From Macrostomum hystrix (Eukaryota; Animalia; Platyhelminthes), in NCBI GenBank assembly GCA_950097015.1, contig CATNEN010000007.1, forward strand, positions 12,772,001 through 12,836,000: 64,000 nt of DNA. Reading direction: 5' to 3'. A program made the position numbers and the translations under genes. The notes beneath the pieces are model-generated. The model worked only from the letters and a program-made list of their open reading frames with translations. It had not been told where the DNA came from and did no database searches. Below are positions 51,207 to 62,325 of the stretch, one piece after another (positions within the stretch are counted from its first letter, which is position 1; every line of letters begins with the position of its first letter).

Positions 51207-52445
51207 TCACGTGACCGCCTTGAAGAGGAACTTGCGCGCCTCCCGGGAGCGGTCAGAGGCCAGCGCTCGTGCCAGGTCCCGCAGCTCCACCTTCAGTAGC
51301 GGTGCGCCAGAAGCTCCCGCGGCGTCGCCCGAAACTGCCGCAGCGGTGCCAGCGGCGGCGGCGAAGGCGCGATCGCGTCGGCGCCAACGAAGTCCGCGGC
51401 GGCCACCCTCGGTGAAAGCCACTACGGCGAGAGAGCCGGGCGCCGTACTCGAAGACGACGAAGACGGCGGCTCCAGCCGGTGTTCAGCGGCAGCAGCGGC
51501 TCCTTCTAGCAGGTCCAACAGGCGGCGCTCGACAGCGGCGGCAAGGAAAACGGCCGCGGACTCAGCAGCATCGGGCAGACCGCGGCTTCGCGCAGCATTC
51601 AACAGACGCAGCCGGAGAGCAGTCGGGCACAGAACTGCGGCTGGGCCAGGCCGAGCCGGCGGCTCCGGAGGACGCTGCACAACTGGCGCCGCTGGCAGTG
51701 GTGACGGCTGCGCCGTTGGCGGCTTCTGCGGAGACGGAGCAAGCTGCAGTGGCGCTTGCGGGGCCGCCCGCTGCGGCGCCAGGCCGTCGAGTCGGGCGCG
51801 TCCCTGCCGCAAGGCGAGGCGGAACTCAGGCAGGTGCTGGCTGAGAAAGTCCACGAGCTGTTGGGGGTCTTTCTGTGAGTTAAGCGCCAGCTTCAGCTGG
51901 GAGACGAACTGCCCCGCGTCGATGCGCTCGGCTATCAGGCTGCGCACAAGGTTTGAGACGTGGCGCCAGCGGTCCTCGCCTTCAGCTGAGCCTCCGGTGC
52001 GCGAGCGGTTCAGCAGGGCGACGAAGAAGCCGGAGCAGCGAGCCGCTGATTCGCTGGACTCAGCCTGCGCTAGTGGAGGTCGCGGTGGCGGGCCTGCAGC
52101 TGCTGGAAACTGATGCCGCTGGCCATACGGTAGGGGATGAAGCTGATGAGGCGGAGGCTGGCCGTGAAGCTGGCTAGGAATGTGATGCTGAGGATGCTGC
52201 ACAATGACATTCACATGATTGTTAGTGTGAGGCGGGTAGCGGAAACCGCTGAATTGCCCATAGCCGGGGCCAGCCACGTAGGTCTGCTGAGTGGGCGGCT
52301 GCATGATCGGCATGTGCATCGGGTGCGGCAGCATTTGCTGGTGGCTGGCCGGCTGAGGCAGCCCAACGCCTGGTGCCAGCAGGCGAAACTGAGTTGGCGG
52401 AGGCCCTTGCGCGGGCGCCGCGTAGGCTTGACGGCTGTCTGCCAT
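51207..52445 (-). CDS. TAF4: Short, divergent TAF4-family protein (Q/P-rich N-terminus, TAFH domain, histone fold, conserved C-terminus), 412 aa, intronless
   Basis: TAFH: ARCSGFFVALL...VSNLVRSLIAERIDAGQFVSQLKLALNS..PQQLVDFLSQHLPEFRLAL; histone fold: LRLRLLNAARSRGL...FLAAAVERRLLDLLE; C-terminus KVELRDLARAL...KFLFKA (cf. RVNLRDLIFCL...LLYKA). Confidence 0.82.
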   Translation of the reverse strand: MADSRQAYAAPAQGPPPTQFRLLAPGVGLPQPASHQQMLPHPMHMPIMQPPTQQTYVAGPGYGQFSGFRYPPHTNNHVNVIVQHPQHHIPSQLHGQPPPHQLHPLPYGQRHQFPAAAGPPPRPPLAQAESSESAARCSGFFVALLNRSRTGGSAEGEDRWRHVSNLVRSLIAERIDAGQFVSQLKLALNSQKDPQQLVDFLSQHLPEFRLALRQGRARLDGLAPQRAAPQAPLQLAPSPQKPPTAQPSPLPAAPVVQRPPEPPARPGPAAVLCPTALRLRLLNAARSRGLPDAAESAAVFLAAAVERRLLDLLEGAAAAAEHRLEPPSSSSSSTAPGSLAVVAFTEGGRRGLRWRRRDRAFAAAAGTAAAVSGDAAGASGAPLLKVELRDLARALASDRSREARKFLFKAVT

Positions 52446-55354
52446 TGGCCCGGCGACTGCCGCCGCCGACTAAAACTCAAATTGTTGCTGGGCGGCTGCG
52501 GGCGCCGGCAGCTGCAGGACTCCGCGCGACCCCCTGCAGCGCGGGTCAGTGGAAGAACTATAGATTGATAGCTAATGTCACAGCTACAATGCTGCTTCTT
52601 AATTTAGGTTATTTACAACTGTTCAGTCTGTGGAAAAGGAAGAAGTCTCACGCATCCAAATTTCTACTCCAACTAATTCTGATATCAATTTTACAGGTAC
52701 ATAAACTGAAGCACTAGATAATCAGATGAGGCAGAGATGTGAACTCTCAGACTCTCATTCAGAAGTCTAAAGCTTGAACCACTAGGCTACAAGCTTAGGC
52801 AATAACATATGAGTGTATATTATACTATAACTGTTGAACTATAACAATTCAACAGCTGAACAATTCACTTGATGGATGATTCTCAGCTTCCAGTATTTAC
52901 TGGCCACTACTACTACAGCCATATGCTGCCTTCAGATGCGATGTACAATAGCTGCAGCTGTGCTGTTGGCTGCCCATGTCAATAATTAATTTGATCAATA
53001 GTTAAATTATTTATTAACTAACAGTAACCACAGCTTTGGCCTAGACCCTACCAATCAGAGACCCTAGACCCTACTCACTAAGAGAGCTCTGTAGCCAATG
53101 GCAAATACCAATGCCCAGGGCAAGTGTCACAAAAACACATGGCTAGCCATGGAAGCATTCAATGCACCCATGTACTTGAAATGTTTCCCTTTTCTAATAC
53201 ATTTGAGAGTAACAAAATGCTAGTCTGAGGTGGCATCTTTTGAAGGGTTACAGACTAAACAGCAGGCATGGAATACTTACTAGGGACATAAAGAATAAAA
53301 TAGATTGCCACATAGACTACTTTAGTTAGTCCAGTTGATTTGCTTAATCAGTTTTAACAAACTTAGCTTCAAAAAAGTAATGGCAAAAAAAATTAGAAAT
53401 AAAAACATAAAAAGACAAGGAAAACATATCTTTAATTTTATAATTTTTTAAGCAAGCAAAGAAAGTACCTTTTTATTCTCAAGACCAAATAAGAAAACGA
53501 TTTCAGAGATATAAGTTAGATTCATGAAGAAATACCAAGTATTTAAAAAACTAGGGGTGAGTGGCAGAGCAGTTAACATGTTTGCCTCTTGCACTAAGGT
53601 CCCTGGCCTGAGCAAAATTTTCTATTTTGTTATTGTTTTTCTAGTTCAAATATTATACAGCAAGGCTACATTTAATTGTGTACAATTGCAGAGAGAAGGC
53701 TTGGGGCTTGTTGTGCAATCTATACATTTGAGGGCCAACCTTTAAGGCAAAATTAAAGTGTACATTGCCTGATAATAAATAATTCAGGGTAGGTAGATGT
53801 ACATACCCTGTGTGAGCATTAACTAACTAAGCGACTAAGCGCAAAAAATCAAAGGGGGGACCAAGAGACAAAAAAGGAAGTGAGATAGGGTTTCCGATTG
53901 TTTTATTTTTCCTAGAAATCGTTCCCGCGAAATTAAATGTTTTGTTTTAATGTTACGTAAATTTTGTTTTAATGCACCATTTGTTTGTCTGCACCGAAAA
54001 TTATAATAGTTATACTGAAGTCACAGAGATGAAGGGAATTTTAGTATAAATACACCCGAAGCGAAGAGAGAAAAACCAACTCGTACCACCTCAATTGGGA
54101 AAAGAGTTCAAAGTAAAGAAAAGCTTGAATCTTGAAGTGTTCATGCTAAAGTTATTTGAGAAAGAGAATTGCAAAAGAGAAGTAAATAGAGTGAAGAAAA
54201 AGCTGTAAATCTAGATCCACTGGTAAAGCCCAGAAGACGGACTGAATACTAAATTGAAGGTTAACTGAATAATAATTAAAGAGTGCTAAAGACTGATAAA
54301 GACGGATAAATACTGATAAAGACGGATAAAGACTGATAAAGACTGATAAAGACGGATAATGATTAATACAGAGTAATTATAGAAATAATACAGTAAAGTT
54401 ATAAGTAGAAGGGGATATAGAGGAAAGATACCGGCCATACTGAAAGTATAACGCTACCATATTGAAAGTATAACGCTACCATATTTGAATACATAAATGC
54501 TACCAATTTGAATCGAGATAAGAAAGTGCATAAAGTGAATAAAATAAAGACAATAATAAGATTGACATAAGATAGTACTTGAATAAAAGAAGCCTAGAAC
54601 AACTTTGGTGACAGTAGTAGAATTAATTTAGCCCTACAACAACTTTGGTGGCATTGTTAGGATTAATATTGAATAAGAGGGAAGCCCTACGACAGAAGGC
54701 ATGAAGAAAAGGAAAAGGGGAGAGAAAAAGAGAGCAAATGAGAGCAAAATAAGTCATAAATAGAGCAAAAACTAAGTCGCACGACCAGCTAAGATTTGGG
54801 AGGTTGCACATATATGAGCTAGTGTATCAATTGAACAAATGAACAGAACTGTTTAAATTGCTAGTAATTACTAAGGAAATAGTACAAAAATGTATTATTA
54901 AATTCATCAATTTTAGTGCACTGAGGCTGTCTGTGGCAGCTCAAGCGAGTGCAATGCTCAACCTCAGGTACTAGACTAGAAATTAGGGAAAAATTATGGA
55001 TGTAATAACTTACTAATTTAGCTAGGCCTAATTCAAATAGAAAATCTTTATTTCTATAAGTTAAATATAATAGCTAAAGCTACTAGTTTATATTGCTAGG
55101 CTAGCTTGCTAACATTAATTTTACAATTAAGTAAAAATTTACAATACCAATACTAATAAACTGCCAACTTCCAGGACAGATATATTCTTAATCTTATTCA
55201 TTGTTTCAAAAATAAAAATATAAATTATAAATTATACTGATTGCTTAGACACGTGAGATTTAATGATAGTATTAGTCAGATATACAACCATCGAATAAAA
55301 ACAAACTAACTCTACCTAAAAAGTATAGATCCTATATGTGATGTGGTACACGGT

Positions 55355-55663
55355 ACAATGTATGGGTTCCCCGCCATACCTAAAATGTGCGGGACGAATA
55401 GTTTCGCCAATGATTTGCTACTGAAGAAACTTTTAAAGTGTGTTCTGACGGCTCTTTCGGATGCGTCTTATATAATCCTATTTCTGCCTCACCTAAACTA
55501 GCAAATCATTGGCGAAACTATTCGTCCCGCACCTTTTTAAAGCATAGTTTGGCGTCAGAGTCGGACATACACTCTGGCTCGAGAGTTCGTGTTTTTGTTT
55601 TCATTTTCGCCTTTAGTGAACAATGTCTACCGGAAAATGTCTGTCGGGGAACCCATACATTGT
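55355..55663. mobile_element. MITE-like element with 19-bp terminal inverted repeats and a nested 34-bp perfect inverted repeat
   Basis: ACAATGTATGGGTTCCCCG (55355-55373) is the reverse complement of 55645-55663; GTGCGGGACGAATAGTTTCGCCAATGATTTGCTA (55387-55420) is the reverse complement of 55499-55532; GGT flanks both ends. Confidence 0.65.
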
Positions 55664-57087
55664 GGTAAAGGCTAGTAGTAGTTGTTGGCTCAGGCAAATG
55701 CCTGTTTGGCCAATAAAGTGTAACGGGTATTTTTTTATTACGACATTTAATTATATTATAAATCACGAAACACGAATCACGAAACAGTTAATTGAAAGTT
55801 TGAAAAAGTGCGAAAATCGAGAAGCAAACGAAGATAACGATTAAGAAATTAAATATTATATTAGCAGCAAAGAAAAAAGGAGCACAAGGGGAGAAAAGGC
55901 GGGCCAAATAACGAGGCACGAAAAATGCTTAGGGATACAAAAAAGAAAGCGAAGTTAAATAGACTTCGGTATCTATATAAATCTATATAATCTATATAAA
56001 TAGGGTGGGTATCTATTAGTTGAATTAAAAAATGACAAAGTTAAAATAGCACGATTATTATTGATAAACGAACACTAACAGCGTAAGCAGCAAGCAGGGC
56101 GTTAAAAAACAATTTTTTATAAATATCGATCTGAAAAAATCTGCCGTAATTAGAATTTTTTCTGCAAAATCTGAACTTTGTTCCTAAATCTAAAAACTCT
56201 AGCTAGATTGGAGAAATCAAAAATGAAAATGAATACTGCTGGCGGTCTGCGAATCCCAATTTCAGACTTTCCAGTGCCTCGTGCAGTGGCAGGCGCATGA
56301 AGCATTGATTTAATGTAACAGAACAAACAAGACAATTTTTGGGAGCGCGCAAATCATGCATAATTCATCCTTGCTTTTGTGGATACACCGAGTTTACAAA
56401 GCATTTCCCGTAAAAAAAAGAATAAGCTTTAAAATTCAGTCTTTTTGGGTAACCTTTACATCATTTTTTCCGATGCTTTTATGCAAAAAATATTTTTATG
56501 CTAGTTAGAAGCACAACTGAGTAGCAAAGTAGCAAAGTTGGTTTGATAATAATTTCTGACACAGAAAAATGCAGCAAAATCTTAAGGCTGAGTACGCATA
56601 GCAGAGTTGGCAGTTAAATATGCATTTATAGTTGGCTTATAATAGAATCAGTCTTCAAAACGGCCTACGTTTGCGAACCAGGCCGCTCATCTTCCGCTAC
56701 ATAGCTGTGAGTGAGAAGCCCACTCTCAGCTGTCTGCTTGTCAACTTGGACCGAGAGCAGACATTTTACAGCTCTCTGAGCCAACAAACTAACTCAGCCG
56801 CTTCGCCACTGAGCACTGGGCTTTAGACAAAGGGAAATCTTCACACCTGCTCCACCGCGCCATACCAGTGTTCGTACCTTACGCAGCTGCCATTTTACAG
56901 CACTCCTAGCACCCTCTATGCATCTACTTACAATTAGCCTTCGCCAGGCGGACCATGAAAGGTATTAAAAGGCCTGCTAGCCTGGCTCGCACCGCCTTAT
57001 AAATTATCAATCAAAGGCGAAGCCTGGGCCGCGAAAGCACTCAAAACGCACCTTAGCTGAGCCAGTGTCAAAAAGCTGCAGGTTCAG

Positions 57088-57383
57088 ATGGACCCCGCGG
57101 ACGCCTCCATGGCTGCGGCGAGGCAGCGGGAGCGCTGCGCTGAAGCCAAGGCCGCTGCCCAACATCTGCAGGCTGTTCAAGCCGCTGCCGCTGCCGACGC
57201 TAGACGGCAGCCCGCGGCTATTGAAGCGGCATCAGCGGCTGCTCGCGAAGATCGGCGGCGTCGTCGGCACCTGGCCCCAGGAGCGCAGCCCCCTGCGGCA
57301 ACAGTCAGATGCCTGCGGCCAGGGATGCTCTACGAGTGCCGAATCGTCAACGAGAATCTGCACTGGCGAGGTCAGCTAGCGGG

Positions 57384-57414
<31 letters not shown>
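57088..57414 (+). CDS. Hypothetical 108-aa Ala-rich protein with a short beta-rich C-terminal segment and poly-Q
   Basis: GC-rich ATG-initiated ORF within AT-rich flanks; TATA-like TATAAAT near 56998. No confident family. Confidence 0.4.
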
Positions 57415-57697
57415 ACAGTCAGCTCAGTGCCGCAGACAGCATTATGCAAAATGGCGAAATAATGTATCATGTGCTTTGTGCTCCACAGAATACACAACTG
57501 TAACAGGTATATAAAGCGCAAATGTATTAAAAATATATTGAAAATGAAAGTTCAGATTGTCCTGCCGATTGGACTAAACAGTCCATCTGAAACTACTCTT
57601 AACTCTATTGCAGAAATATTTATTCTCCCTGTAGCATTTTCTATTTTGTTATTATATTTTTCTAGCTCAAAATGTCCGGTAAAACTGCTCATGACTA

Positions 57698-58118
57698 GTG
57701 TCAGTCATGACAGCAGAAACTGTGAAGTTGGGCATCGAGAATGGCAACCTAATGTCAGTCATGACAGCAGAAACTGTGAAGTTGGGCATCGAGAATGGCA
57801 ACCTAATGTCAGTCATGACAGCAGAAACTGTGAAGAACTGTGAATTTAGAAAACTGGTAAACACATTTAGAAAACAGGTAATAAAGACATTTAGAAAACC
57901 GTTAAACACTTTTAGAAAAATGTTAAACACATATAGAAAACTTTTAGACAAATTTAGAAAACGGTTAAACGCGTTTAGAAAACCGGTAAACACTTTTAGA
58001 AAACTGTTAAACACGTTTAGAATCTGTTGGACACATTTAGAAACCTGTTCAACACATTTAGACAACTGATAAACACATTTAAACAACTGTTGGACACATT
58101 TAAAAAAACTGTTGGACA
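57698..58118. repeat. 57-bp repeat (about 2.3 copies) followed by a degenerate ~22-bp repeat (ACACATTTAGAAAACTGTTAA)
   Basis: Direct tandem copies immediately upstream of the retroelement. Confidence 0.8.
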
Positions 58119-58593
58119 CTTTTCTCGATTGAAATTGAGACAAGGATTGATCATTTATATATATTGTAGTAAGAAAGGAGTAGGTGTCTCGCTTGAATTT
58201 GGCATATATCGTTGAATTAAAGTCTGCTATGCACAGCCACCACCAATTCAGATCAAGCGTGTCCTCCGCCAGTCAACCGACGCAGTCGCCCAAGCAGCAG
58301 CAATCGAGAAGAAGCAACGGCGTCAATCCGCAGCTCCGACACCAGCCAGCAGCAACTCTCCCCAGGACACTGAGATGCTTTCTCCCCCCGCATCCAGTAC
58401 GTCCTCTCCCAATACCACCGCCATCCAATCCAACCCCACAACTGTCCAAGAATAAGCCGCCAAGCCGCCGAGTCCGATCAGCAGTCCGAGCGACACCAAT
58501 GCTGTTCCGACGACGGCGAGTGCCCACAACTCCACAGGTTCGAACTCCTCCACAACTTCCACTTGCACTTCCATAGCGTCCAAAAACCTTGAG

Positions 58594-59574
58594 TTGCTCG
58601 CCATCAATAGTCTTGGTTGCTACACCAAATTTCTTATCCTTGACACCTGCCCGATAGACTTCTATCCAAAGGCATTCTCCAATCTTGCCGATGACCTCCT
58701 CAAAACCATCCAGGATGAAATCCTTCCACTTGCCACCACTCATCGTTCTCAAGGTCGTCCGGAACCTAGACAGATCGTCTGGTACGGACCCTCTTATTCT
58801 TATTCCGGAGAGACCATCCCAGCCAACAACAACTGGCATCCGATCATCCGCAACCTTGCACACTTCCTGTCGTCTCAACTTGACCTTCCGGCCTTCAATT
58901 CTTGCCTTGTCAACGTCTACCGAACTGGCAACGACTTCGTAGGTTTCCACTCCGACAATGAGCCCGAACTTGGGCGACATCCAGTCATCGCATCTCTTTC
59001 TCTTGGCGCCACGAGGGAGTTCAGACTCCGGGCCATTTCCAACCGAGCCACACTCCACTCCGAACCTCTTCACCACGGTAGTCTCATCGTCATGAGGGGC
59101 GAAACCCAGGATCTCTGCCAGCATTCCATCATCCAGGACGCCCGAGTCAAAGGCATGCGAATTAACTTGACCTTCCGAGTTACTTCTCCAGCCATCCAGG
59201 ACATCGATGACCTCCGTCAAGCTCCATCCAAGCCGTCCAAACCCCTTGACACTTCCGTCTATGAGTTCGTCGAGGTATGTGACCGAACCATCACCGAGGA
59301 ACATTCTTCTCCTTCGCCTTCTCAACGTCAAGGTAATTCTTCTGTCCATGACAGCCAATTTCCGGATCAGCCACCTTCCACTTCCACTTCTCAGCCGCCG
59401 AAAGGCAACGCCAAGGTCGCTCCAGTTCTCTTCCTCCCTCCAAAATCGACTCCTGATGAACTTAGGTTCGAGAGGTTTCTTAAGGACAACTTCCCAACAG
59501 TCCGCATCCGGTCCGTCCAACGCTGCTTCTATTCAAAGTCTTTGCTCTTGACTTCCAAGGCTACCAACATCTAA
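58594..59574 (+). pseudogene. ALKBH2/ALKBH3-type 2OG-Fe(II) dioxygenase domain (core about 58640-59180) within the retroelement
   Basis: PRQIVWYG..YSYSG, FNSCLVNVYRTGNDFVGFHSDNEPELG..PVIASLSLGATREF, LHHGSLIVMRGETQ...QHSI, RINLTFR. HxD...H triad and RxxxxxR 2OG-binding motif are intact. No in-frame ATG between the stop at 58453 and the domain. Confidence 0.88.
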
Positions 59575-60757
59575 CTTCCGACGAGCTTAAGCATCCGACC
59601 ATCGACGGCATCCAGGTAGAACGCCGCCTTCCCATCCGACGTGAGGACGCCCAGGTCAACTCCAGACGTCTTCCTCCAAGCATCACGACTCCGAAAGCCT
59701 TGTCCTTTATCATCCGACAGGTATCCCTTGCTACAGATCTCAAGGACCTTCTCTTAAGAATCCAGACAGTCGAGCCCAAGGTCTCAGGGATTGTCCGGAT
59801 CGTGTCCTCTTCTTCCAACGAACAGACTCAGTTTGTCCGAGCCTTCACTTCTGACTTTGGTACTCAAGCCCAATGCATCTCCAAAGGCATCCACATCGGG
59901 TTCTTCCACTTCCGCTGCGAGGCCAGCAGGTCACCTCCACTAATGGCAACTCAATGTGGTCACTGTCAGGAATTTGGCCACCATTCCAAGCAGTGTGATC
60001 GTAGACCAAGGTGCAGGGTCTGTGGGTCCGATCACCTGACATCCGAGTGCGACAGCGTCGACATTCCAAACTTCTATATCCAATGCGCCAACTGCAAAGG
60101 TCCACATCAGTCCACCGATAAGGCATGTCCGGCACTCCGAGCAGCCAACAACCGAGTCCAGGCATGGGCATCCAGGAACCTTCCTCAACAGGTCCATCGC
60201 CCTCCTCCTCCAACCAGCTACGCCGCAGCACTAGCTCCTCCTCCACAACGACGAGCTATTCCTCCTCTCATGCAAATTCCTACACTTCCGAACAACGACT
60301 CAAGCGAGGACTTTCCTTCACTTCCAAACTCTTCGGCACCAAGGCAGCCTTTGGTAAATCAGGTCTCTTGCACTTCTCCAAAACGAAGCACTCGCCGGTC
60401 GAGAACAACAGTGAGCCGAGGGACGAGCCAAGGAACGCCCTACTGCCAACGCCGCCAAGATCTAGGCGTCCGGAACCGACGACCAGAGTTCTGCCAACTC
60501 CAGCGACCCCGGGCTACAGGCAGGCGCCGATTGGTCCGAAGGTCCACGCCCTGGAGCTTCTACAAGCAGTCGCCTTCGCGCTGGTCCACGCCGCGTTCGC
60601 CAAGCCGGAGACGAAGACCGTGGCCGGGCTCGTAGAGGCGTCAATCCAGCTGGTTCAGATGGCTACCGTTTGGCGTCCCCCGAGCAACTGGACGGCACAA
60701 CTATGTGATAATCTAAGTAATCTGCAAACCACTCTAAATGTAAATGCTGTTGCTTAA
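59484..60757 (+). pseudogene. Gag-like nucleic-acid-binding region of LINE ORF1 (frameshifted)
   Basis: GIHIGFFHFRCE...TQCGHCQEFGHHSKQC..PRCRVCGSDHLTSEC...CANCKGPHQSTDKACP...SYAAAL, then a C-terminal amphipathic helical segment (LELLQAVAFALVHAAF) in the next frame ending at 60757. Confidence 0.85.
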
Positions 60758-60978
60758 ATTTATTGATATTAACATGTCTACAACCAAACCATCTGGGCTG
60801 AAACTAGAAAGCTAACTAACTCTAAAAGTACTGACACGAGCAGTGTTTCTCAAAAGGCAAAAACTAACCGTGAAATGCAGTAGCTCTAAATTCAACGAAA
60901 ACGAACTAACTATTTTGCATCTTAACTGTAACAGCATCTGGAACAAAATCTGGGAACTAAGAGACTATATAAGAAATC

Positions 60979-61108
60979 ACCATCGCGAAGGCGACTGCTT
61001 GTAGAAGCTCCAGGGCGTGGACCTTCGGACCAATCGGCGCCTGCCTGTAGCCCGGGGTCGCTGGAGTTGGCGGAACTCTGGTCGTCGGTTCCGGACGGAT
61101 CTTGGCGG
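60979..61108 (-). repeat. ~130-bp inverted copy of 60452-60585
   Basis: Near-exact reverse complement with a few substitutions and one small deletion. Confidence 0.92.
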
Positions 61109-61196
61109 TGATGACAGAGCATGCATAGACTCTGAGACTGATCTAACGTTAAAATTTCCCATGGACCATAGCAGCTGCAAAGTTCAGAAACCGTCA

Positions 61197-62325
61197 ATGA
61201 CCTTTTAGTTTGAAGAAGAAACTCGTCTTCGGATCATCCAGTGCTATTACCGAAATGGAGAGAGCGTGACAGCTGCTTCGAGACAGTTCAACACTCGAAA
61301 TGCTCAAGCAAACGCTGCTGCCATTCCTCTTTGCACAAATAAGAATGTTCATCAACTGGCGCAAAAGTTTCTGACAAAAAGAACTTACAGCTGTCACATA
61401 AAGGAAACAGTGGCAGACCTCGCAGTGTCAGGACAGAAGAGCGCGTTTTTGACGTGATGAGAGAGTCGGAGGGTGAGAGAATTTCTCTGAGACAAGTTTC
61501 ACGAGACCTCGAAATGTCGACTTCGACTGGCAGCGAATCGCGAGACGAGATCTTCACCTGCATGCATCGTGCAGAGAAGAAGCACGGACTGCTACCAAGC
61601 GACTTTGTGCAGCGAGCAGAACTGAGTCATCTGCTGAACACTCTTGAGAACACCTATCAGCCAATTGTGTTTGTTGACGAAGCCACATTTCGAACAGACG
61701 GCACGGTCAATCTCACGAATGACCGGTTCTGGTTCACACGTGGCACAGCCCGGAACATCCCGCCAGCCGAAGCACGTCAAAATGCGCAAAGAGCAACAGT
61801 ATTGGCTGCAGTGTCACGAGACTGGCTTGGGGGGCCCTATTTTTCCCTGGAACTGTCAACTCTGGGGCTTATCAGGATGCATTGGATCTTGGTTTGTGCA
61901 AGATGTTGCTACTGCGCACACTTCCGTCTCGACTCGCCAGTTTCTTAGAGACGCTTTCGGTGCCGCTTTGAGAGAGACGCTTTGAGTGATTAGCAATACC
62001 TTGGCCAGCAAGGTCACTCGCCAGTTTTTTAGAGACGCTTTCGGTGCCGCTTTGAGAGAGACGCTTTGAGTGATTAGCAATACCTTGGCCAGCAAGGTCA
62101 CCTGATTTGAATCCGGTCGAATACTTTCTTTGGGGCTTTGCTCGTGAGCTCGTCTACGCCCAGGGAGGGCTTTTTGAATTTACATCATCTGAACGCATCC
62201 ATTGTTCGAGCTTTGATTGGATTCGGCAGAACCGGATGGATGCTGTCCGCAATGCCGCCGATGGCTTCTTTGGTCGGCTCCGTGAGTGCATTGAAAATGA
62301 TGGGTATCATTTGAGGCACAGATGA
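61197..62325 (+). mobile_element. Decayed Tc1/mariner-superfamily (maT/DD37D-like) transposase
   Basis: Fragments in shifting frames: YRNGESVTAASRQF, GRPRSVRTEE, ISLRQVSRDLEMS (HTH), IVFVDEATF..DGTVN..N.RFW, GPYF, WFVQDVATAHTS, WPARSPDLNPVEYFLWG. Internal 84-bp tandem duplication at 61932-62099. TIR-like TTTTTGGGACACCC near 62680-62693. Confidence 0.85.

Larger units (their letters stand above)
58216..60775 (+). mobile_element. Decayed non-LTR retrotransposon ORF1 (Gag-like, triple zinc knuckle) with an N-terminal AlkB domain; ORF2 missing
   Basis: One conceptual ORF broken by a TAA at 58453 and two frameshifts (within 59484-59574 and about 60300-60420). Knuckles CX2CX4HX4C, CX2CX3HX4C and CX2CX3HX6C are typical of I/Jockey/R1-type ORF1. 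Confidence 0.78.

Noticed and set aside
51187-52113. 308-aa + strand Arg/Ala-rich ORF
   Set aside because: Antisense shadow of the TAF4-like gene.
58273-59520. 415-aa antisense ORF over the AlkB region
   Set aside because: No recognisable motifs; best explained as a shadow ORF of the sense coding sequence.
58594-59574. Calling this the host ALKBH2 or ALKBH3 gene
   Set aside because: No ATG between the upstream stop and the domain, an in-frame stop upstream, and continuity with Gag knuckles indicate a mobile-element context.
60838-60860. Candidate left TIR for the mariner-like element
   Set aside because: Only a weak match to the reverse complement of the TIR-like sequence near 62680-62693; the boundary cannot be fixed.
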